64,000 nt of DNA, taken from Phoronis australis. Taxonomy: Eukaryota; Animalia; Phoronida. The position numbers were made by a program, and so were the translations under genes. Shown here in pieces: positions 52,899 to 64,000 of this stretch (within the stretch, counting starts at the first letter, position 1; every line of letters begins with the position of its first letter). Where the stretch lies: positions 102,106 to 166,105 of the forward strand of contig NMRA01000121.1 in the NCBI GenBank assembly GCA_002633005.1, given 5' to 3'. A model generated the notes under the pieces. The model was not told the origin of the DNA. It made no database searches and worked only from the letters and a program-made list of their open reading frames with translations.

Positions 52899-55800
52899 CA
52901 CACACATTGAGACTTAGCAATATTAATGGCGGTTGAAATGATCGTTACAACATCAAGACAATGTGTCTCTTTCTGACAAAATAGGGGGTTTGGAATTAGA
53001 TTTGTGATATAAATTGTATTACTTTTTATATGGGTTATAAAAGCTGGATCGTAGTTCCTAAAATTGGGCAAGAATATTCCACCGCTCTTTTTTTCGGGAA
53101 TTACGATGTGCTCTCTGCAGCCTCGTCCCCAAGCCTTAAGACGGCGCTGCTCACACTTTTGGCTCTGTCGTAGACCACGGCACGACAGACGGTAGAGAAC
53201 TTTCAAAAAAAATGCTGGCGGGTTTTGGGAAAATATTAACATCTTGGGATTTATAATTCATTCAAAACTTTCAATGAAAAAATACTTTGACTGGTGTTGA
53301 TATTTTGTACTGAAATGGATAATAATCAGAATATTGAAGGTTCTACAAGGGTAGGTCAATTAGGATACCAGTACCAAGTTTGTTTACACTGCACAACTGA
53401 TAAATTTTACTCAGGCAGTCAGGGTGATGACACGCATGACTGATGGAGGAAGTGTAAATGTGGTCTGTACAGACAAATCGGTGCTTAGCATTCATAGTCA
53501 AGAAATGTGAATTAAAGAAAATTGTGGTTGGGCTCCTTTCCCAATCGGAGTGCATCTTTCTACTGTCGCTCACTTTTTGTTTACGTTGCTGTCCTGTATT
53601 TATACAGTGTGAATAACATACTAATTAAGTCTAGGGTGTACATGTAGTTACATACATGTCGCCATTTTTACTCTCACAGTAGCAAACCATGACAGACGAA
53701 AACGAGGCAAAATATTGTCAAGTGTCGAGTTGCATGGGCCACAAACCCGGCTATTTGAAGCTTTCAGTAACTTTGAGTGTTGTTATACTCCTTGATAACN
53801 NGAACAGAAGATTTATATATTTTGTCATTCCAATACAGTCTTCAAATTCTCCCCCTCGTAATATATTATGTGTGCCTGAGCTCTAGAAAGTTGACTCGCT
53901 GCTATTTGAAATCGGTTTCAAACGCCCAAATTTTAAGGCTGATATGAATAATCAGATTTTCAATGAAATTTCATGACTTGTGTACTATCTAAAGGAGATT
54001 GCAGTGCTTAAAATCACCAATTTTATATCAAAAACACCTAAAGACAATTAAATCCCACCAGTCGATTAGCTGTAAAATTGGAACACCCGCAAACACTATC
54101 TGACGATACGTCAATTAATTGATCTCCATGTAACAAGAATTTAATATTTGTTGAAAGATGCTGAATATAGTCAAGACCACCAATCATACCTCTCCAAGCC
54201 CCCAGGTGGTGCACCGCCCATAGGCGATGGGCACCACAGCACTGAAAAAAGTGGGAGTGTCTACTGCCCCCCCCCCCCTCCAGCCTCATATGGTGCACCG
54301 CCCATGGTTTCGAAAAGTCGTCAGATACTTCTGCTCGCGGACATGGCACACTGGTTGTGGGTACGTTCATACGTCACAACCATGTCCGTGGAGCTATGAC
54401 ACTTTTCTTTATTCCTCGTTTTTGAGAAATTAAATTTACAGTCGTTACATTTGTAGTATTATAAAGGAAGGTTTGGTGATTCTAACAATATGTAGTGGCT
54501 TGTCAAAACCATTTCCCTAGTGGTAAAATTAGAGGTAAGTAGGTGCAAAAAGCCTACCGTATCGCCTTGAGCACTGAACGTAACTTACGTTCAAATGCCA
54601 AAAGGTGGTTGACTGCGCCTACGTGCGCCTGCGCCCCACTACAGCACTGGTCAAAACAAGGTAAATGGTGGTTTTAAGCACTTTAAGCTTTTGTTATTAT
54701 AAGCAATTTTTCTGAATTAAGGTTTCGAGACTGTGTAGCGGGAGACTCGGAAATTACTTTTTGGCTTTAAACATGATATCCTACATCAAAGGAACGGTGT
54801 CGTTGACTCGCATGCTACGTTCAAAAGTTGTGTCAAAGTTTGACTCATTTTTTTGATTGGGTAGGCTATCTTGTATGTCAGCGGGATATGTTACGAACTA
54901 TGTTTGTGAATAATTTTCACAAAAATTCTTAAGGAAAATTTAGCGAAACAAGCTTTAGCTACTTTCTGTGCGATTCAAGAGTTTTCGCCACAGTTTAGTA
55001 ACGCAGATTTACTTTATTGAGTAATTAATATGCTTCGAGTAACAATTCACGTTGGGCTCAGTTGCATTTCCGGCAGCGCCGACAACATGGCGACTTTTGC
55101 TGGACTGAAAGGCATGTTCTATAGTGGCTGCATGCCATCAGGTTAGATTTAGCTAAGATAACCGTGCTCTACAAAAAGCAGTTTTGGTTTCCGTGCTAAA
55201 ACTACATGGAATATTATATTTATTTCAATATGAATTGTCCATTCAATCAATCTTGCATTGTGTTGAAAATTTAGTTAGTTGAAATCGTTTGTTGTTTGAA
55301 AATCAATTTGTCTTGTGTCACAATATGACACATATTTTTTATTTCATTTACAAATCATGGTTTTAATCATAGTTTGTAATTTATTACTTTCTTGTTCAGG
55401 TTACATCAAATCGACAAAACTTGAAGAGTCGATTTTCAGCAACAGGATACACAAGTTAGATATATGGTGGGACAGCACAGGTTAGAGTAATTCGAAAACA
55501 TGCATGTACCACTGTTTCCTGGATATAAACTATTTGACCAAATTTACGAAATTTTATTTTTTATTTTCTTTTTCACACAGAAAACTGATAAGGAAATATT
55601 GTCTGAAATCACCAGCATCCCGCAAACTAGCCCTCAAAGCACCTCAAAAATGACTAAACACAAAAATAGGCATAGTTTAGCGCATTTTGGCGCTCCAGTT
55701 AAGGTTAACGGAAACCCTTTTGAAAATCCAAAGGCTGTCTTTTGATAGAGAGACTCAGTTTTTGCAAAACATTATAAAACATTTTTTCTCTACCTTTCAT

Positions 55801-58748
55801 TTGAACCGTTTTAAAACTACTTCACTTGCTGAACATATTTCAACCAAAGATGAACTATTTTGGGCCAAAATATTAATAATATTACAACTTAAAAATACTG
55901 ACCTGGATAATTTTAAATAAACATTGCAAAAAATTATCAGTTAAAGCGCAGAGCAGATTTATCACCGACGGTGAGTCCTCGTCAAACACTTTTTTCGAAA
56001 GTCTCAGTCACACTTGAAATACTTCACGATTTGAATGAACTTCTTTGTCCACCGTTTTCTTTCCTTGTCCAACGTAACCCTTTTGTTGCTACTGCCCCAC
56101 CCCCCCGGATCAATTACTACCNNNGCAACTCCATCAAAAAGAACGTGATCATGTGGTACGCATGCTGGGAACCTAATTCCCTAGTTGGTTTGCGCTTAGG
56201 GCACTTCACAACAGGTAGCTATGGTCTAACAAATTACTGCCCATTGATTGCATCTAATAGAACAACGGGGAGTGAGTACGCTAAGTCTCTTGTCACGTGA
56301 CGTTTGTATTTCCCGCCAATGAGATTCAACTGAATATTGCTATTCAAACCAGAAAACCAGTGCAACTGAGTCAAGAGAGACGTTGGATCGCTACTGTTAT
56401 ATACGGAACCTTATTACTAATACGAGATCTATATATTGTGTGGAGTGCCCCAACAAGTGAGCCGCCGTGCATGGTATTACACCTTCTGTGGATCCATCAC
56501 CCAGTAAGTACTATATTCTTGTATAACATGAGTTGAGTCGGCGTTAATTTTATGAAAACGGTTGTCAGGAAAACTCTGATGATTGACTAGAAAAAACACG
56601 ATGCTGCCCTTAAGCTTGTCAGGTCGCTGCTTCTTGGAAAGGGGGTGTTTTGGGGTGTGACCCTCAACAATTGTCCATTTAGATGAGAAAAAAGTTGGGC
56701 AATGATGGAAAAAGCCAAGGAAAGAGTTCAATCAAGTGAGAGTTTTGAAACGTGTGATTGCACGTGGATTTTGTATGTGTTCGTGATAAATTTACCTTTC
56801 TCTTTAATTCTGGTTTTTCTTACCATTATTAACTCGTTCGGCAACAATTCAAGATCGGATGAGCCCATATGTTTTTAAACCCCACCCGCAATTCATCATT
56901 GACACTGAGCTAAACAATGGGACTAGCTTTAAGATGCAACTTTGTTAGTTATCGCTGTGTAGTTGAAGCGATAGTTTTCTTTCAAAATATACACTTGAGT
57001 TCTTGAAAAATGGCATTTCTTGATACTGGAAATGATTTCAATTTCTTTCATTCAGTAAGTATATCTTGGATTAGCCAACTGTCGTCAAAGAACGTGCAAC
57101 AAACATCCTCATGAACTTTCATTCTACTTAAGCACAATGTTATTACACTGTTGATTAACCTTAAAAGGTTACGTTGCTTTTATGAAGGAACTTTTGTGAA
57201 ATTTGGAGTATTTTTCTTATCTGAAATGTACTTTCAACCCGTTTAATCGCTTTTAGTAAAAAAGACATTAAGACTCTTCAATTAGGCCAGACTAGACAGC
57301 CCAATAAAGGGTTTCATCACAGGCAAACCGTGAACCACCACAATGGTTTTCATGTGTTTGTTTTTGCCGCCATAATGGAAACCATCGTGGAATTTTATTG
57401 AAAATCATGTTTAGAATACTAACTGTTATCGCTGGAGATACAGCATTCTAAAGGTTTAAATGGTCCTCTATGACTAAAGTGTAAACAAAATATAAAGATT
57501 GTTGATCTCCATTCGTGCTAAAAGTTCTCGAGTCCGAAATATATGAAAGATAAAGGCAAAAATGCAAAAAATTGACGTCCAGCTCAAACCTTTTTGTAGA
57601 GGAACGATAAAAACAAGAATTAATTCAACGAAGTAAAGTCGCTGATAGCAGATTTCCGTTATGATTTCCAACACGGCGAAAAAAGTCACCCAGGACAAAA
57701 TCGTGAACAGACAAAAATGTTTAAATACATCATGTCACGACGACAATTTATCATTTTTAGTTAAAGTCTATTAACCATCGTGTGCCATATTTTTGCAATG
57801 AAATGCTGCCCGGCGGTAAAATCTCAATGATCATGCCGTGGACACCATTTACTTTCAGTGAAACATGATCAGCAACCCTGAACATCTCCAAATTTCCGTT
57901 TTTGGAACCAATTGCTGTTTTCATAGTTTCCTCTGCCTAATGTTTCACTTTTCGCATTATTTTACTGCTCTATGACATATTTCAAGTTGTTTGCAAAGCG
58001 CACAGTAATTCGCCTAGTAAAGAGCACAAATTGCTGATGAAACAGTAGCTAACTCAAACGTTCAGTAATCATTGAGTCTTCTTGATTTTTTTCGGAATCT
58101 TGCATCACCCTAACGATATCCTTGGAGCCGCTGTCGTGTCCAATAATGCATCCTGTCCAATAATGCATCCAGAGCTGGTTTGCGTGGTCTGCGCATGCGC
58201 TAGTTTTTCGACTTCCGGTTTTTGCGCAATAATGCATCCAAGCAGTCCGCTGGGTATTCGACTTATTATAAAAGCATCATTTGTGCCTCTTATGTTGTTT
58301 ATTTTGGAAAAAAGAGATAAAGGGAAATGTCACTGATGTGTGTGAGTATCTTTCAAAGAGTGTTGAGCTTGAATTATTTCTAAATGTACAAATGTAGGAG
58401 ATTTTGTTGGCTGGCACTGGCAGGGAAGCCTACGTGAGCTCGTCCTCGGGTTCTGATCGTCTCTAAAAGGCTCTAATACACTATATACTGCAAGGTATGA
58501 CATCCGAGACTACGAATTCCACTGGTACTTCACTTCAGCCGTGAGCTGAGACCCTGACCACCGTCTCTAGCTGACAAGCGACGGTGTACCTCCTGAGAGT
58601 TATAGCCAGGACAGAATTTTGGCAAACTGTGCCTCACACTGACTAAAGGCAAACTTGCAAAGCATCAAAATGACGTTGTTGTAAATACCTTTCCAGGTTT
58701 TTGGGCATAGTGGGACACCTTAACCACTTTCAGGTGCTTTATAAGATG

Positions 58749-59330
58749 GGTGGACGCAATATTGTGCAATGACACACCTGTCTTCCACAGCCACTTCTGA
58801 CTGCTTTATTCGATAGGTGGATGCACTATTGTGCAACAACACCTCTGTCCGATAATGCATCCACAGCCATTTCTGACTGCTTTATGCGATAGATGGATGC
58901 ACTATTGTGCAATAACACCTCTGTCCAATAATGCATCCACAGCCACTTCTGGCTGCTTTATCCGATAGATGGATGCACTATTGTGCAATAACACTTCTGT
59001 CCAATAATGCATCTACAGCCACTTCCGGCTGCTTTATCCGATAGATGGATGCACTATTGTGCAATAACGCCTCTGCCCAATAATGCATCCACAGCCATTT
59101 CTGACTGCTTTATCAGATGGACGGATGCACTATTGTGCAATAACACCTCTGTCCAATAATGCATCCACTGCCACTTCCGGCTGCTTTATCAGATGGACGA
59201 ATGTACTATTGTGCAATACCATCTCTGTCCAATAATGCATCCATAGCTACTTCTGACTGCTTTATCAAATGGACGGATGCACTATTGTGCAATAACACCT
59301 CTGTCCAATAATGCATCCACATCCATTTCT
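58749..59330. repeat. 76-bp tandem repeat, at least 8 copies, running into an N gap
   Basis: GGATGCACTATTGTGCAATAACACCTCTGTCCAATAATGCATCCACAGCCACTTCTGGCTGCTTTATCCGATAGAT; unit starts at 58819, 58895, 58971, 59047. Confidence 0.9.
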
Positions 59331-59410
59331 NNNNNNNNNNNNNNNNNNNNNNNNNNNNNNNNNNNNNNNNNNNNNNNNNNNNNNNNNNNNNNNNNNNNNN
59401 NNNNNNNNNN

Positions 59411-59900
59411 TAGTTGATATGTGTATGGATGATGGTTGTCTTCGATGCATGGACATTTCTCGATATGGGGAAGATCGACATTTGGATAGTTGACGTCAAT
59501 TCTTGAATGAATGGACGTTCCGCGATATGTGGATGTCGGTATGCGAACAGTTGATGGTAATCTTGGGTATGGGATGTTTCACTATGTGTGGATGGTTGGC
59601 ATGCATACAGCAGTTGACCATCCTTGATGCTAGGATGCTTCTTGGTGTTTGGAAGATCGGCATGTGAACAGTTGTTGGCAGCCATTGTTGTGCAAACAGT
59701 TGGTTTGTGGACAGAAGATCACGATCCTTGATGCTTGGATGGTCCTTGATATGTGAACGATCGGTATGTAGGTGTTAGATGGTGAGCCTTGATGCATGGA
59801 TCTTCCTCGATGTGTGAATGGTTGACATGCGAAGAGTTGACATCAGGTGTCGATGTGCGAACAGTCCTTATTTGAAGATTATATGGAAGGCTTTGATGTA
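59411..59900. repeat. Highly degenerate ~60-bp repeat
   Basis: Recurrent CTTGATGCATGGA...GATCGGYATGYGAACAGTTG motifs. Confidence 0.5.
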
Positions 59901-62900
59901 TGGACACTCTTTGGTGCCTGCACAGTTGATAAAGGGATTGCATAATACACACCAAAGGGATCAGATGATTGATCGAGAATTCACCAATAAGATGGCCGAA
60001 TTAGCTCTCAGTGATCAAGATTTCCTGCTGATTCAGTCTCAGTACTTCTGCTGTATACGTCGTTAACTGTTCACATACGTCGTTAACTATGTTCACATGC
60101 TGAACATCTATGCGTCGAGAAATATGCGCGCCGTTGTTTGTGCATTGATGGTTGTGCACTCGAGGAGTTCAGGGATACCAATGCCTAGTTTCAGCCATTA
60201 ACTCTAGCAAAGACTGAGGAGGATGGGATGGGGGATGGCTATATCTACCATCAGCAACCCGACTTCCAGCATCAGCGCCTATGAGTGACATGTATCGATG
60301 GACAAGGTAATATGAATGTGTGTGGGCATGTTTAGGATGAGTGGGGCTATGTGCTGAGACATGAATATGATGATGACATGATTTTTTTGCATGAGAATGG
60401 GGGAAATGGGGATGTGGAGCAGTAAAGTGTGAATTATGAGGAGAATGTCTCTCAGGTGTCCCTGGATTAGTAATAACATGGGAAATAACAGGGAGTATTG
60501 GGACTTGTTCACCGGATAAAGTCCTCCCCATGAAAAGGGTGAAGTTTTCCTCTCGAGTTTCTCACGACAGAATGCCAATCAAGTTAAACGAGTAAAGTCT
60601 TCCCCCATGAAAAGTGGAATCTTTTTCTTTGAGTTTTCTCAACAGAGGATATTATTCGAGTAGAGATTATCGTCATTGCTACTGAACTGAACAAACAACG
60701 GGGCATTACAGTCAGACTTGCTAACTGGGTTTAGTCTTGCCTGGTGGGCTGATGACAATTCTTTTAGTGTCGTTGGTTAATGAATTCGTAACGTGTGACG
60801 AATTAATGGTGAAATGGTATGAAACTGACGAATCCATGAAATGCTATGACTAATTGAAACCATTGAGTGACGAAGTTAAATCAAAAAATAAGTTACCCGA
60901 AACATGCGAAAGTTAAAGAAGCAATAAAATACGAGTTAATGGCAAAAGCCTGAAAATGAAACGAAATTATGAAATATGGAAAACTCGTGAACTGATGAAA
61001 TGATAAACTTTAATGAATGCGTACAATATCAAGTGGACTTCAGGTTGTGATGGAGCACAACAAACTTCTAAAATGAGACGGTAACACATTGTGGCACCCG
61101 TATGCTGGAAAAACCAATTGAAAAAAGCATGACCCCGTAAAGTCTTACATCTAAACAAACTGGTTCAGAGTAATGAATAAAATGAGAGAAATAATTGAAT
61201 CCAAAGAGTGTGAGAATTTATGAATGAGCGAAATATCAATCAGTTAAATGCAATACAAAGAAACCTGAGGTGGCCCAAATTGAACACAACCGATGAATCC
61301 GTACAATGCTATGATTAAGTGAAGCCGTTGAGTGCGATGAAAGAAAATGATTGTGAAAAATAAACGAATCAAGGAAATACCAAGGCATATTCACGCTAGG
61401 TATTGACTGGACTGTTGCAAGATTAAAGGTAAATTCTTCACCATCAATATGGGGAATTTTTCTGTCAAAATCCTGTTTCGAGGAGGTGAATACAAAGACG
61501 GTGGGCTGATGACAATTCTCTTAATGCAACGCTTAATGAATTTGTAACACATGGCGAATTAATGGTGAAATTGTATGAAACCATTAAATGCTATGAGTAA
61601 TTGAAATTGTTGAGTGGTGAAGCTAAATGCGAAAAATAATCGAAAATGTGAAAATGAACCAATAAGATATGAGTGAATATTAAAAAATATAGTATACATC
61701 AAATGAAATATCAAATGAAAAAATGTAATGGACAAATGGAATAGGGGACGTTAATTAATGCGTAAAATGTCATAAAACTTATCAGATATGACAAAGCAAA
61801 ATGAATGGTTATCAGAATGCTCTTAACATTCCAAAAGAATGCACGGAGATTTGAATGGCTGAATGCTTCACGGATTGAAGAAATAGTGCATAAACTTAAT
61901 GGAGTCTTGTGAAATGTGGCAATAATATGTGAGGAATTGGTGTATCTCCAAAATATCACAAATCAACGATAAAACCAGTATAGCATGGTAGAACCTGCAA
62001 AATAAACAAAGGTGTTGAGTGCAGGGAAGTATAATGCTAAAAATAAATGTAACTATAAAATGCGAAAACCAAATGGCCCATGAAGTATCAAGGTGTGTTA
62101 ATGTCGGGGTAAAGTCCTACAGAGTTGCTGGTCAAACGTGTCTTGCCAATGCAAAACGTTGATGGAAATAGGGACAACTGATTGCACCCATCAAATGCAC
62201 TGAGTTGAGTTCTAAAAAAATTTGGGAATGAACAAGTTTATGAAAAGTATTGAATAAATACAGCTGGAATATGTTACAAAGAAAGAAAACCTACTAATTG
62301 AAAGTGTGTTAAATATGACAATTCGTTCAACAAGTGAAAAAGGAAGGTAGGGGTGGTGAATGAGCATGAGACTACGAATTGAATTGCTAGCTGACTTTGA
62401 ATTCAGCCCAAGGGAACATGTTGATCAAACATGGCAATCAAAACCATAGCTTTCTTTACAACTACAGTATTCATTAAAATAACTTCCGGACCCAGTTTTC
62501 GCTAAATCTGAAGTTCATTCACCATCCTGAGGCAAAGGGCAACGCAGCATTTTTTCTTTCTTTTTTTAATGCCCATCATTCACTGGTGGGAGAAGTGGTC
62601 TGCTAGCATTTAGTTGGGATTACAGATATTTTATGCTGCATCTAGTGGTGGTTCCTTTTTCACAAATTCTAAAATGGAATTCATTGTTATCACGGAAAAC
62701 GTTGTCTCCAATATGTGATAAAAGAAACTTGTATCCAACACCGTTGTATAACATGATGAAACAACAAAATAGGTGACTCATTTTGTGTACACCACCGCTT
62801 ATCAGAGTGATTTTAATTCCCCCAAAGATTGTTACAGTAGTCAGAAATCAGTAATGCATCACAAATTGAACAAATGAGTGCATTCAATTAGTGGAGTCCA

Positions 62901-64000
62901 TTAAAATGGGACAAATGAATTAATCTGTAAAACATTGTTAAATGAACATCAAAATAAAAGACCTGTAAAATACTAAACATAAATGAACTCAAGAAATTGG
63001 ACAGATTAACTATCTGTGGTAATCTGGTGAGTCAAGTAGGGTTTACTGGAATTATTTTGTGCTACATCAAGTGGTGATTCCTTTCTAAAGAAATTGTCAA
63101 ATTATGGAATTCTTATTTATCACTGATCACTGGCATGTAATATTGTGTGTTGCATATGTAAGAAAAACAACTAGTGCTTCTTTGTTGAATTGTGCCAGAC
63201 ACCATTGTATAACAGAGTGGTAAAACAAAATAGGGGCTTCACCAATTCTTGCCAAAGTGATATTACAGTTACCATATGTCTCCCAAAGAATATAGTCATT
63301 GTGAGTTTTGAATGGGGTAATGGATTATGAGTTGAACTAAACATTGGGCCAAGTTAATGGAGTCATGTGTAATGCGATAATTGAGTCAATTATGTAAAGT
63401 GTCATCATATATACGGAGAAAAAATGACCTGTAAATTATAAACCTAAATTATCTCACAGAATTTAATGAATCTGCAATGGCATCGGAAAAGAAACATTCA
63501 CCAAAATAATGTATTTATTGATGAAAGTGGAAATGGAGAATGTTATAATTGAAGTCATGAGATGTGCTGAATTGACAAACCATTAAAAGGTGAGAAATAA
63601 TTGGTTTGTGAAAAGTAAGGAATTTAGAATTCGTAGAGCAGAACAAATTAATGGTACAACGATGTCTGCTGAATTAATAATCACCTAAAAATACCACAAT
63701 CAATATGCCGGTATAGCATGTTGACAGAATCTGTAAAATTAACTATCGTATAGAGTTTGAGGATTCAGAAGCAAAATGCTAAATATTAGTGAACCTAGAA
63801 AAGCAAAAAAGCAATGGACCCACGAAATACGAGTTAGTCGCAACGTGGAACTCCTTCAAGAATCATCACAAATGCCAAAGGTTAATGGAGATCATGTGTA
63901 AATTCTGAAAATTGAATGAGCTCATGAAATAGACTTTGAATGTACCCCAGGGTATCATCTAGCCTGAGCATCACAAAGGGGCGATTTTACTTATGTACGC

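Noticed and set aside
60169-60531. His/Pro-rich 120-aa ORF
   Set aside because: Reflects GT/GA-rich composition; no recognisable domain or exon structure.

Overview
Eukaryotic (animal) genomic DNA: AT-rich, intron-rich, with assembly gaps. An invertebrate source is inferred, not established. The ORF track is mostly noise because the genes are spliced. Three genes were reconstructed exon by exon with GT-AG junctions and consistent phases. LENG1 is on the - strand (7 exons, 276 aa). NSMAF/FAN (GRAM/PH-BEACH-WD40) is on the + strand (30 exons, 914 aa). ENY2/Sus1 is on the - strand (5 coding exons, 100 aa). LENG1 and NSMAF are head-to-head with ATGs only 115 bp apart; NSMAF and ENY2 converge. The rest is rich in non-autonomous mobile DNA: a nested TIR-in-TIR insertion with intact TSDs, TA-flanked Tc1/pogo-type elements (one with a HIRAN-like fragment), RTE LINE pieces (one with an inverted 5' segment), tRNA-SINEs, DINE-1/Helentron-like elements, a foldback element and several minisatellites. 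A ~3 kb duplication of NSMAF exons 2-4 is split by a single N and is probably two haplotypes assembled in tandem. I found no evidence for a wholly new protein-coding system; the notable items are structural.
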